Part shown: in pieces, positions 17,008 through 26,181 of the stretch | Layout of the letters: each line of letters starts with the position of its first letter | How positions within the stretch are numbered: position 1 is the stretch's first letter | Source: Clostridia bacterium | Lineage (GTDB): Bacteria; Bacillota; Clostridia; Oscillospirales; Acutalibacteraceae | NCBI GenBank assembly: GCA_017409845.1 | Contig: JAFQRY010000017.1 | Coordinates: forward strand, 95,858 to 127,857 | Direction of reading: 5' to 3' | DNA: 32,000 bases | Notes under the pieces: model-generated | What the model saw: only the letters and a program-made list of their open reading frames with translations | Databases searched by the model: none | Told to the model about the DNA's origin: nothing | Translations under genes and position numbers: made by a program

Positions 17008-19500
17008 TTAGTCTGGAGTTCCATCAAGATAAACTATATTTGCATTTTTCAGGTGTGTGTTATCTTCGCTGACCTCAATAGATTCCCATTGTTCCTTGGT
17101 ACCGTAATAGTAAACGGTGTTAAGTTCTTTGTTATCATTGAACGCCGAATCACCAATTATTCTGACATTTGAAGTAAAGGTTAAAGTTTTAAGGTTTTCA
17201 CAAAAAGAAAAGCACTCCTGCGGTATTTCGGTAACACCTTTTCCGATTGATAAAGATTTCATACCCCTGCAACCCGTAAAAGAATTTTTTCCTAAATATT
17301 TTGCACTGTCAGGAATATCTATGCTTATCAGGTTTTCGCATAAGAAAAAAGCGTGGTCCTCAATGATTTCAACACCCGCACCCAGGTCAACCGTCTTTAA
17401 AATTTCACACATACTAAACGCATTCTCACAGATAATCTTAACGGAATCGGGAATGATTAAGTTTTCTATGCTTCGATTATTCGCGAAAGCCCCACCGCCT
17501 ATCAAGGTTGTTCCGTTTTTTATTTCAAGCCTTGACGAACATTTTTCTTCTTTTGAATCAATCAGATAATTGTCAAGATACAAAACACCGTTTTCCCAGT
17601 TTGATTCATCAAGCCAATAACCGGTGTGACCGAAAACATAACCGCCCAGATGCTTTATATTTGAACCTATTTTTATATCTGTCAAACCTCTGCTTTCCCC
17701 AAATGCCGCTCCGCCGATACTTTCAACACTTTCAGGAATAACAACACTTTTAAGGTTATAGTTCCCTGCACAGTTTGAAAACGCACCGTAAAAATCATAA
17801 CCGTTATCACCAAAAATATATTTTACGGTATTCGGTATTTCATATTTCTCTATATCACTTGCAACGGGAAATCTTATCAATTCCGTTTTGTCTTTATTGA
17901 AAAGAACTCCATGGGAATCATTGCTGAGAAATTCATTTTCAGGGTCAACAACAAATCTTTTTGCGGGAGTTACAAAAGAAGAATATAAAAAATCTTTAAC
18001 GCCTTTACCTATTTTTATGGTATCAAAATCTCCGGAAATTGCATCAGGTCCAAGCTTCTCGACGCTGTCGGGGATGACAAGCTCTTTTGCGGATGCCTGA
18101 CAAAATGCAGCATAACCTATTTCTTTCAGACCGTCATTCAATTTCAAATCTTCAATAGGGCAACTGCAAAAGGCACAAGCACCTATATATTTAACGCTTT
18201 TCCCGAAATGAACCTGCTTTAAACTTGTTAATCCGGGGAAAGTATAGCTTCCGATTTTTGTAACACCGTCACCTATAATCATTTTTTTGACTTTGTCGGC
18301 ATGATGATGCCATGGCGTTATCTCCATCTCAGGGCCTTCAAAATCACGAAGCTCACCCTCACCGTCAAGGCGGAAGGTTCCTTTTTCATCAATGCTCCAT
18401 GTCAGAGTGCCGATTTTTCCGCTGTACGGCATTGCCTGCGCAACCGTTAACGATACTTGCGACTCTGTCATACTGTAAGTCGGCTTAGTTGATGTCGGCT
18501 CCGTCCGACCGGTTTCGGCTTGTGTTGTTGACAAAGTCGTCATTTCATCTGAAGCAGGTTGGCTTTCAGGGTCTGTTATAAAGAACACGGCAAGCAATAC
18601 AGCAGCAAGAACCGATACGATAATTACCCAAAACGTCGGTTTTTTGTAGTTCAGAATATTCCTGATTCTGTCCTTAACCGCAACCTCTCCGAATGCAAGA
18701 GGATAGGAGTAAACTTTTTTTCGGCTGACGCTGAGATCAAAAAGTGTTTTTGAATACTGCTTCTTATCGACAGTATCGAATTCTTTTATTACCTTTTCAT
18801 CACAGGCAAGTTCAATATCCACGCAAAAAAGCTTATATGCTATCCAACAAATCGGGTTAAACCAATGAACGGTCAATAACACATAGCCCAAAAGCTTTTG
18901 TAAATGATCAAAGCGTTTAAGGTGTGCTTTTTCGTGAGCTATTACATATTTCGCCTGCTCTGCATCTATGCTTGACGGAAGAACAATTTTAGGCTTAATA
19001 ATACCGATAATGAACGGCGTGTCAATACCATCGCAACAATAAACGCCTTCTGTCAATTCAACGCTTTCTTTTAATTTTATCGAAAGTCTGATATAGCTGA
19101 CGAGCGAAAAAATTACAATAGCAGCAATTCCCACAAACCAAATTATCGAACAGATAAAAAGTAATATCTGAACAGGGTTTACGCTTTCACCTGTTTTGGG
19201 GGCAAGATTTTGAGATATAATCGGATTTATAACACTGTCAACTGTTTCAAATCCGCTGTTGACAGAGGGAGAAGGAGAATAAACAATATCTTCGGGTATT
19301 GGTTTTGCACTCGGAATAAGGCTGACCACGCTTTTAATTGACCAAGGAAATACAAGGCGGAAGGCAACTAATCCCCAAAGGGCCTCACTTATATATTTTG
19401 GCGATTTTTTCAGTAAAAAACGGACAAATATAACCGCAAAAATCAGCCAAGTAGCAGAGAAACTCATATTAAGGATTTTTAAGAATAAGTCCATAATCAT
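17008..19500 (-). CDS. BlaR1/MecR1-type M56 metallopeptidase signal transducer fused to a BspA-like leucine-rich-repeat ectodomain
   Basis: 830 aa. N-terminal TM helices, the zinc motif AHEKAHLKRFDH, then WFNP and ELACDE as in M56 sensors; a further TM (FWVIIVSVLAAVLLAVFFI) and a Thr/Ser-rich linker. About 480 aa of repeats follow, of the form IP.SV..IG..AF..C..L (LRR_5/BspA type). No penicillin-binding-type sensor domain. Confidence 0.8.
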   Translation of the reverse strand: MIMDLFLKILNMSFSATWLIFAVIFVRFLLKKSPKYISEALWGLVAFRLVFPWSIKSVVSLIPSAKPIPEDIVYSPSPSVNSGFETVDSVINPIISQNLAPKTGESVNPVQILLFICSIIWFVGIAAIVIFSLVSYIRLSIKLKESVELTEGVYCCDGIDTPFIIGIIKPKIVLPSSIDAEQAKYVIAHEKAHLKRFDHLQKLLGYVLLTVHWFNPICWIAYKLFCVDIELACDEKVIKEFDTVDKKQYSKTLFDLSVSRKKVYSYPLAFGEVAVKDRIRNILNYKKPTFWVIIVSVLAAVLLAVFFITDPESQPASDEMTTLSTTQAETGRTEPTSTKPTYSMTESQVSLTVAQAMPYSGKIGTLTWSIDEKGTFRLDGEGELRDFEGPEMEITPWHHHADKVKKMIIGDGVTKIGSYTFPGLTSLKQVHFGKSVKYIGACAFCSCPIEDLKLNDGLKEIGYAAFCQASAKELVIPDSVEKLGPDAISGDFDTIKIGKGVKDFLYSSFVTPAKRFVVDPENEFLSNDSHGVLFNKDKTELIRFPVASDIEKYEIPNTVKYIFGDNGYDFYGAFSNCAGNYNLKSVVIPESVESIGGAAFGESRGLTDIKIGSNIKHLGGYVFGHTGYWLDESNWENGVLYLDNYLIDSKEEKCSSRLEIKNGTTLIGGGAFANNRSIENLIIPDSVKIICENAFSMCEILKTVDLGAGVEIIEDHAFFLCENLISIDIPDSAKYLGKNSFTGCRGMKSLSIGKGVTEIPQECFSFCENLKTLTFTSNVRIIGDSAFNDNKELNTVYYYGTKEQWESIEVSEDNTHLKNANIVYLDGTPD

Positions 19501-19859
19501 TCCTCCTTAAAAGAATCAATCATCGCTCTGATTTCATCAATCTCTTCATTTGAAAGTGCTTTTTTTGCAGTGAAAGCAGCAAGAAAGGCAGGCAGAGAAC
19601 CGTTAAAGTTTTCCTCAACATAATTGTTGCTTTGCATTGAATAAAAATCACTTCGAGATATGAGTGAGGTTACGGTGCCTTTTTCATTTTTGAAAATACC
19701 TTTATTGCATAGCCTTTTTAACACCGTGAAAGAGGTTGTTTTTTTCCATTTTAGTTTCTGTTCGCTGATTTTCGCAAGTTCAGAAGATGTGATTGGTTCA
19801 TTTGACCAAATAATATCCGCAAAATTCGATTCAACAGAACCCATTTGCAAAATTTTCAT
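19497..19859 (-). CDS. BlaI/MecI/CopY-family winged-helix transcriptional repressor
   Basis: 120 aa. IIWSNEPITSSELAKISEQKLKWKKTTSFTVLKRLCNKG matches the BlaI-family wHTH pattern. ATGA overlap with the M56 gene. AAGGAG RBS. Confidence 0.8.
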   Translation of the reverse strand: MKILQMGSVESNFADIIWSNEPITSSELAKISEQKLKWKKTTSFTVLKRLCNKGIFKNEKGTVTSLISRSDFYSMQSNNYVEENFNGSLPAFLAAFTAKKALSNEEIDEIRAMIDSFKEE

Positions 19860-19877
19860 AGCAACAACTCCTTAATT

Positions 19878-19931
19878 ATTCTACACATTGTAGTATGCCT
19901 CTATACTACAATGTGTAGAATGAAATGTCAA
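19878..19931 (-). promoter_or_regulatory. promoter overlapped by a double BlaI-type operator
   Basis: Perfect 18-bp inverted repeat TTCTACACATTGTAGTAT (19879-19896) / ATACTACAATGTGTAGAA (19903-19920). Each arm contains a TACA-N-TGTA dyad of the BlaI/MecI operator type. Minus-strand TTGACA (19931-19926), 17-nt spacer, TAGTAT (19908-19903) lies within or next to it. Confidence 0.65.
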
Positions 19932-20105
19932 GGGCTTTTCAAAGATTTCTCACGATAGATTGTTTGTGTTTTCTTCAAAAACAAGTGAGAAAAATATTTG
20001 CAAAAGATTGGTTGAAAGAGATTGATTTATAAATTGCTGCATACTTTCGATTATTTTTTTAAAGATTGATAAGCAGTAAAAAGCCATTCTGCAAATGAGA
20101 ATTTT

Positions 20106-20211
20106 TGGAGAAGAAGCAGAGATTCGACTTGTACTCCTGAGGTCGCTTGGTCGCTCGCGGTCACGACAGCCCACCGGACAGTTGCTCTGTACCGCTCGTC
20201 CTTCGAAACCC
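20106..20211 (-). repeat. 106-nt conserved element, copy A (tRNA-3'-end-like terminus on minus strand)
   Basis: Core 20146-20211 matches 28522-28587 at 62/66 positions. The 40-nt tail (20106-20145) has the same length as in copy B and about 26/40 identity. The minus strand ends UCGAAU-CUCUG-CUUCUUC-U-CCA. Confidence 0.6.
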
Positions 20212-20228
20212 TTCTTAATTTCTGCAAA

Positions 20229-20268
20229 CAAAAAAGAACAGACACCACAAGGGTATCTGTTCTTTTTT
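20229..20268 (-). terminator. intrinsic terminator downstream of the 20450-21853 gene
   Basis: 12-bp stem AGAACAGACACC (20235-20246) / GGTATCTGTTCT (20252-20263), with one position that pairs (G-U) only in the minus-strand RNA. A/T runs on both sides. Confidence 0.6.
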
Positions 20269-20449
20269 ATGTTACGAGTGTTAACAGATTCAATGAATTA
20301 ATTGTTAACAGCGGTTAAACACACATTGTTTCAAGCTGTCAGTAACAACTGAAAGAATTGCAGATTATGAAAAACAATATTATATATTATGAATTCAACA
20401 TTGATACTGCATGTATTGCCGTCGAAAATGAATGTGCAAACAATATGTA

Positions 20450-21853
20450 TTAAGCACCGGTTGTTAAACGGATATTATCAAAGCTTTCACGCATTTCGTC
20501 AACCGTACCGGTTGCGATATAGTAATTATATTCGCTCGGAACGAAGCTTCTGAAAGTGTTATGCTTAACAGCAGCAATATATGATGTTTGCGGTGCTACG
20601 GACGGGTCTTTATCTGTGGTGGTTTCTCTTGCCAGGACACCGGCGAGGAAATTTCCGTGGTGAGGCGTATAAATACCGATTCCGAAGCTGTCGTCAAACT
20701 CTCCGATAAATGCCGACCAGTTTTCCGTTGCCTGGAAATTGGGGTAGCCTGCATCGGGCCAGAAAATGAGTTCATTCTGATATGAGTAATTTTTATCTCC
20801 GGTCCAGGGTGCGTCGCCGCCGTAATAAACGAATCTGTTGAAGGGCTCTATGCAGTAAAATGCGGGAAGCTCCTGAGTTGTGTAATATTCGGGATAACCC
20901 GAAAAATCAACGAATCTGCAGGCTATTTCAACGGCACCGTCGCAGATGCTGTAGGTTGCCTCCATATATGAGGGGCTCATGTCCGTCGCAGGCTTTGCCC
21001 AGTCAAGAGGTCTGCACTTAATATAGATATAGTCATCGCCCACAACAAGGTCAACTATTTTGCTGCTCTCGTTATACTGATTGCCGCCCTGCACGGGGTT
21101 ATAGTTCCACTTGTTTTCACCGTACATGGCACCCTGATAAGCATCGCAATCAAAGGTGCCGTAGTAGGACTGCTGAACAAGTCTGCCCGTATCGTGACGG
21201 TTAATGAGATTAACGTTGTTGTTGACGGATTTTACACCGTATCTCTCCGAAGCATCCGAATCAACCTTGGTCAAGCCGTCAACCATAACCGCCTGCACGT
21301 CGGAATCCAGGTCTTCAAGGTAATCAAGTGCGCCGCCCCAGAGAAGATTGACGCCGATTTTATATTCGCTGTTCTGAAGATAAACGTTTTTATCGGGCAC
21401 TTCACGGTTGAATACATCAACGCCGACAAGCTCAAACACCGCCGCGTCCTTATCAAGAGGCTCAAGCGTTATTTTGCAAAGAGTGTTTGATTTGGTCTTA
21501 TCAAGCACACCGTCAATAAAGCTGTAAAAAGGCTTTGTGCCGTCCGAAGGTTCAAGGAAGAATTCCTCGGAATACTGTTCACCTTTGAGCATATATGTAA
21601 TTACACCTTTCATATATGCGTCGGATTTATAGCTGATGCCGTAATAATTGAACCAGCCGCAATCGGCATTACCGAAATCAATCTCGGCTTTTTCTGATAT
21701 AATACCGTTTTCAATTCCGCTCACGGACACGATTGCAATTGCCTCAATTGCAAAATCCGTATCTGCTTTTGACGGCAGAAAACTGAAAAGATATGAGGGA
21801 AAAAGGAAAATAAACGAAAGAATAGCGGAAAGAATTTTTTTCAAAGCAATCAC
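20450..21853 (-). CDS. secreted protein of unknown function
   Basis: 467 aa. Signal-peptide-like N-terminus (KKILSAILSFIFLFPSYLFSFLPSKA). The true start may be the TTG at 21844, 6 nt after AAGGGTGA. I cannot assign conserved-looking segments such as INRHDTGRLVQQSYYG and WNYNPVQGGNQYN to a family. Confidence 0.6.
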   Translation of the reverse strand: MIALKKILSAILSFIFLFPSYLFSFLPSKADTDFAIEAIAIVSVSGIENGIISEKAEIDFGNADCGWFNYYGISYKSDAYMKGVITYMLKGEQYSEEFFLEPSDGTKPFYSFIDGVLDKTKSNTLCKITLEPLDKDAAVFELVGVDVFNREVPDKNVYLQNSEYKIGVNLLWGGALDYLEDLDSDVQAVMVDGLTKVDSDASERYGVKSVNNNVNLINRHDTGRLVQQSYYGTFDCDAYQGAMYGENKWNYNPVQGGNQYNESSKIVDLVVGDDYIYIKCRPLDWAKPATDMSPSYMEATYSICDGAVEIACRFVDFSGYPEYYTTQELPAFYCIEPFNRFVYYGGDAPWTGDKNYSYQNELIFWPDAGYPNFQATENWSAFIGEFDDSFGIGIYTPHHGNFLAGVLARETTTDKDPSVAPQTSYIAAVKHNTFRSFVPSEYNYYIATGTVDEMRESFDNIRLTTGA

Positions 21854-22040
21854 CCTTTTATGATATTTTTTAATTTCTGCAAGCCCGTAATCCGAGAAGC
21901 TGCAATTATTTTTTTGATCGGTTTTGTAACAACACCTTACGGTTGAATTACATATTTGATATAACGCAAAGCAATTTGATTTGCCCGAACTGTTTTATCA
22001 TTACATCAGTATTAAGGCATAAACAATCGCCTGCATTCTG

Positions 22041-23117
22041 TTACAGTATATCTTCGGTGTCGGGCGTCAATTGATCCGGATATATAACCTGCGAGCCCTG
22101 CCAGGAAAGATAGTTTTTCTCTACACCGATTTCTTCAATCCATGCACGAACTTCAGGCGTCAGGAGCACAAGAGTTTCGTGGGAGTTGTTCCACACCCAT
22201 GAAGGCGTAGGCCACAGACAGATTTCGGGGTCAACAGCTTCATAGAATTCTTTCGATACACCGGCCTGTCCGTGGTGTGACATTTTACATATATCGCAAT
22301 CCAGAAGTTCCTTATACTCGGGGTTCTCAAGCACCTTGTTGCCTGAGCTTACACCGGCATCACCCGTAAACAATATGCCTTTTCCGCCCAGATCCATGCG
22401 GAATATCAAAGAGGCATCATTAACGTTTGTGAATGCAGGGTCAAAGGTGAAAAGTGTGGTTATTTTCGCAGCACCGATATTGAAAACATCGCCGTCATTG
22501 ATAATCTGAACTTTTTCGGGGAAAGCCTTACTTATTCTGTCAAACTCGCCCACCATTTCCGCACCTTCCGTTGAGTTGATGGAAGCGTAAAAGTCATACG
22601 GAGCATATTTAAGAATAATCTTGTCAAATTTCACCTGATTTGTGCGGTTTTCAGCCACTTCGTTGAAAACCTGAACATGGTCAGTGTGGGGATGAGTCAG
22701 AAACCAAGCGTCAATTTTCGGCACAAGCTGCCCCGTGACAGCCCTGAGATACTGAATGAAGTAATCGGTTTCAAATTTATAACCGCCATCAATTGCAATA
22801 ACCTTGCCGTCCTCGGTTGTGATAATAAAGCTGTCGCCTATAGCGTCTTCAACAGATTTGAGTATATGTATTGCGTTTTTGTTCATAGTGTTGGGAACAC
22901 CCTCTTTTTTTACCACGAAACAGTACTTCACACTTCCGAAAAACGCTCTGATTTTTGCAAACAGCTTATCGAAGAAAGCGATGAATGCACTGTCGCCGTT
23001 TTCTTCCGCTGCAGCAGATACAGCTGTCTGCTCAGGCTCAGCCTGAACGGCAAATGCAGGTGCAGCACATGCATACATCATAACCGTTACAAGTATAATT
23101 GAAATAAATCTTTTCAT
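22041..23117 (-). CDS. secreted metallo-beta-lactamase-fold hydrolase
   Basis: 358 aa. Signal peptide MKRFISIILVTVMMYACAAPAFA. MBL motif FLTHPHTDHV, later SHHG. GGAGG RBS. Confidence 0.75.
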   Translation of the reverse strand: MKRFISIILVTVMMYACAAPAFAVQAEPEQTAVSAAAEENGDSAFIAFFDKLFAKIRAFFGSVKYCFVVKKEGVPNTMNKNAIHILKSVEDAIGDSFIITTEDGKVIAIDGGYKFETDYFIQYLRAVTGQLVPKIDAWFLTHPHTDHVQVFNEVAENRTNQVKFDKIILKYAPYDFYASINSTEGAEMVGEFDRISKAFPEKVQIINDGDVFNIGAAKITTLFTFDPAFTNVNDASLIFRMDLGGKGILFTGDAGVSSGNKVLENPEYKELLDCDICKMSHHGQAGVSKEFYEAVDPEICLWPTPSWVWNNSHETLVLLTPEVRAWIEEIGVEKNYLSWQGSQVIYPDQLTPDTEDIL

Positions 23118-23265
23118 ATCAGCCTCCGTTATGTGTTTGTTGAGTTAATCAGCATGTTTTCACCAACAGACAACTTAATTTTATCATTAAGATACAGAGA
23201 AGTAAATGACACATTTTAGTTGAAAAAGCGTCCTTATTCGCTTGATTGAATTATACCGCAATTTC

Positions 23266-24207
23266 TTATTTGGCAACTTTTTTGTCTCTGTATTTTTTTG
23301 GCGACACACCATGGAATTTACGAAAAACACGGTGAAAATAGCTGATGTTTTCATAACCCACAAGCTGCGAAATTTCCGAAATTCCGAGATTTGTACTTTC
23401 AAGAAGAAAACAAGCGTGAGATATTCTCTTTTCCTGAACAAGCTCCGTATAGGTTTTGCCCGTCAGCTTTTTAATCTGCTTTGACAGTGCGTTGAAATCG
23501 TAAAAAAGTATCTGCGAAAGCTCTGTCAGGCTGCCGCCCGCAAAATGCGCCTCAATATATTTCAGTACATGGAATATAAGGCTGCTGTCGTCGCCGCTAT
23601 AATCAAGGTCATCAATGTGACTGAGAAGCTGAAGCAAAATAAGACCCATTGTTGTTTCGTTTATATTCCTCTGCTCCTGACGCTCATCAAGCAAATTCCA
23701 GATAAGATTTTCAATAAGATTCTGCACAGGCAGTACATCTGAAACTCTGAAATGAAGATAGCTCGATTTACCGTTATCGCCTCGCAAGCATTGAATTATA
23801 AAACTGTGCAGCAATGATTCCTCGCTGTTCAGCATTTCAAGAGCTTTCTCGAAAAAATGAGGCAGAACAATGAAATTGACCGCTATATCCTGTTCGGTTG
23901 AGGGCAGATTTTCCTGCCTGCAATTCTGGGTCATAAAAAGGATATCGCCCTTATTGAGAACAACGGTTTCATTGTTTATAATATTGGTTTTCGTTCCTTG
24001 ATACATATAAATAATCTCAACATAATCGTGGCTGTGTTCCGGAAAATGATTGGTATTTGTATCGGCTCTTACCGCAATAAGCTTTTCTTTTTTCATTAAC
24101 TTGGAGCCCTCAATGATGATTCTCTCATCATCATTTTTATTTTTTAGCAAAAAAGATGGATTTTTATATGTGTGCATGATAAGTCTTTCTATCAGGTCAT
24201 TTCTCAT
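23266..24207 (-). CDS. AraC-family transcriptional regulator (cupin sensor plus HTH)
   Basis: N-terminal cupin-like FPEHSHDYVEIIYMYQG. C-terminal HTH_18 pattern ISEISQLVGYENISYFHRVFRKFHGVSPKKYR. The ATG at 24207 is preferred over the GTG at 24216, which sits 2 nt from the RBS. Confidence 0.8.
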   Translation of the reverse strand: MRNDLIERLIMHTYKNPSFLLKNKNDDERIIIEGSKLMKKEKLIAVRADTNTNHFPEHSHDYVEIIYMYQGTKTNIINNETVVLNKGDILFMTQNCRQENLPSTEQDIAVNFIVLPHFFEKALEMLNSEESLLHSFIIQCLRGDNGKSSYLHFRVSDVLPVQNLIENLIWNLLDERQEQRNINETTMGLILLQLLSHIDDLDYSGDDSSLIFHVLKYIEAHFAGGSLTELSQILFYDFNALSKQIKKLTGKTYTELVQEKRISHACFLLESTNLGISEISQLVGYENISYFHRVFRKFHGVSPKKYRDKKVAK

Positions 24208-24659
24208 AACAATCACCGCCTCTTACAGACAGTATAACTTATTGCGGATGCTATTTCAACTATTTTGTTGCAAATAAGGACACTTTTCGCTCTAATAATG
24301 ACCTTTATTTTTTCTGTATAAAATGATAAAATTTAAAATACAAGGAGTAAAATGGGAATGATTATCTCGGCAAATCTTGCTTTTTACATTGTTTAACAGC
24401 GGTAATTCCTGGTTTTTTAGCAGACTACGCCAAAGGAAATGATTATTTACGAAAACAAATTGTGAGAAGAAAATACAAATTGCCTTGATTTTTTTATCCG
24501 TAATACACTTCTGACAGCTGAGAAAGAAGGTGAGGATTCCTTTACTCCGTGGGAATACAAAGCAGGCACAAAGACTCTGTTCTGATCAGCATTGCAGCAA
24601 CAAACCGTTAAAATTTTCAAACAATTATTTATTAAAATTACAGAAAGCCGGGTGAAATT

Positions 24660-26174
24660 ATGTCAGCAGAAAGAGAATTTGTTGAAACTACCGATAAATC
24701 TATACTTCTTAAAAACAGACGATTTGTCGGCATAAAAGAAACTGTTGCTTATGTTCTTGAGGATACTGCTCAGAGCCTGAATATCAACGATTTCAAAGAG
24801 CGATACATATATGATGTTGTAAAAATTGATTTCAACTATCTTGCAATTCAGAACATTGTTGCAACCGTGTGGGATACCTTCAACGATACCTTTATCGGTG
24901 TTATTGTTGAAAAGACCAGAACCCGTTGGGGTAAATTCAGACCCTATCTTCTTCTCGCTCAGTTTCCCCTCACTATTCTGGGATTATGGTATTGGCTGAT
25001 TCCCTTTATTTTCCCCGATACTCCGGGAGATTACCTTCCCAAATGGATTTTCTATTTTGCAATGTCAATCATTACCGAAACCGCCAACACCTTCACCGGC
25101 ATTGCCCGTTCAGGCTTCGGCTCAACAATAACGCCCGAGCCATTGGACCGTTCGAGGCTTATTGCGACGGCTAATCTGATGTCGCATTTCGTTGAAGACG
25201 TTCCGAGGCAGATTTTCGGTATCATCTATGACCTTGTAATCAACAACAAAATTAAGATCAAGCTTCCCAAGCTTTTCGCAACCTTCGGTGTTTCATTTGC
25301 AGTTCTCGGTGCTGTCTTCTGCCTTTATTTCTTCCTCACCACAAGAGAAAGAGTTGCACAGACCATTAATAAACCGAGCGTAATTCAGGGATTAAAAGCT
25401 ATCATCACCAATAAGCCTATGTTTATTTGTGTGCTTTCAAACTTTTTCAACGGTTTCTCTGTCGGCACAGGCCGAGCAAACTTCTATATCGACGTTATCG
25501 GCTCTATCACCTGGCAAACCATTGTCGGTATTCCTGCCTTCCCGATTAAATTTATCAGCTACAGCTTCGTCGAGCCTCTCAGAAAGAGATTTTCAACAAA
25601 GGCTCTGTGGATTTTCGAAGATGCCTGGACTGACTTCCTGTGGTTGACTGTTTTCGGATTAGGTTCAATCAATAACAACTTCCAGAAAAAGCATATTATT
25701 CTGCCGATGATGGGTATTGAAGAAATCTTCGAAATGTGCGTTTACGGCTTAAGACGAGTTATTCCCGCAGAAATAGGCAACGAAACAATGGACTACTGTG
25801 AATGGAAGAATGGCTACCGTGCGGAAGCTATGCTCGGTGTTGCACAAACAACAATCGCAAAGCTTCAGATGGCAGTTATGGGCAGTATCAACAGCCTCAT
25901 TCTTAAGGGTATCGGCTACGTTCAGGGCGCTACTATCGGAACACAGAGTGACAGAACAAAATGGTGGATTTTTGCTCTTGGCACGGGTATTCCCCGCATC
26001 ACGGGTGCTCTCGGTATCGTTCCCAAGCTTTTCTATCCCATTACTGCTGAAAAGCGTGACATTATGTATGCCGAGCTTCGCGAAAGAAGAAGCAAGGTTG
26101 CCGATAAGATGAACAAGGCTACAACAGCTGAAGAAATTGCGGAAATCGCAGATTCACAGTTTATTGTTAAATAA
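24660..26174 (+). CDS. GPH-family (glycoside-pentoside-hexuronide:cation) symporter
   Basis: 504 aa, multi-TM. GPH signature WDTFNDTFIGVIVEKTRTRWGKFRPYLL. Confidence 0.8.
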   Translation: MSAEREFVETTDKSILLKNRRFVGIKETVAYVLEDTAQSLNINDFKERYIYDVVKIDFNYLAIQNIVATVWDTFNDTFIGVIVEKTRTRWGKFRPYLLLAQFPLTILGLWYWLIPFIFPDTPGDYLPKWIFYFAMSIITETANTFTGIARSGFGSTITPEPLDRSRLIATANLMSHFVEDVPRQIFGIIYDLVINNKIKIKLPKLFATFGVSFAVLGAVFCLYFFLTTRERVAQTINKPSVIQGLKAIITNKPMFICVLSNFFNGFSVGTGRANFYIDVIGSITWQTIVGIPAFPIKFISYSFVEPLRKRFSTKALWIFEDAWTDFLWLTVFGLGSINNNFQKKHIILPMMGIEEIFEMCVYGLRRVIPAEIGNETMDYCEWKNGYRAEAMLGVAQTTIAKLQMAVMGSINSLILKGIGYVQGATIGTQSDRTKWWIFALGTGIPRITGALGIVPKLFYPITAEKRDIMYAELRERRSKVADKMNKATTAEEIAEIADSQFIVK

Positions 26175-26181
26175 TTTTTAA

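Noticed and set aside
20095-20301. 68-aa ORF, and its counterpart 28558-28749, sharing the peptide LLCTARPS(K/N)P
   Set aside because: The shared peptide simply reflects translation of the conserved 106-nt element. Neither ORF has an RBS, the frames differ outside the repeat, and the flanks are terminators.
20367-20453. 28-codon plus-strand ORF MKNNIIYYEFNIDTACIAVENECANNMY (Cys-containing, RiPP-precursor-like at first glance)
   Set aside because: It has no convincing RBS (only GAAAGAA) and no neighbouring maturation or transport genes. Its stop overlaps the convergent gene's stop. Too weak to call.
24352-24585. Possible decayed coding remnants upstream of the GPH transporter (AAGGAG + ATG giving a 14-aa MGMIISANLAFYIV, then an open ~40-codon stretch ending ..EDSFTPWEYKAGTKTLF*)
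   Set aside because: The pieces are in different frames, are short, and have no recognisable motif. They could equally be an AraC-regulated leader region. This cannot be supported without blastx.
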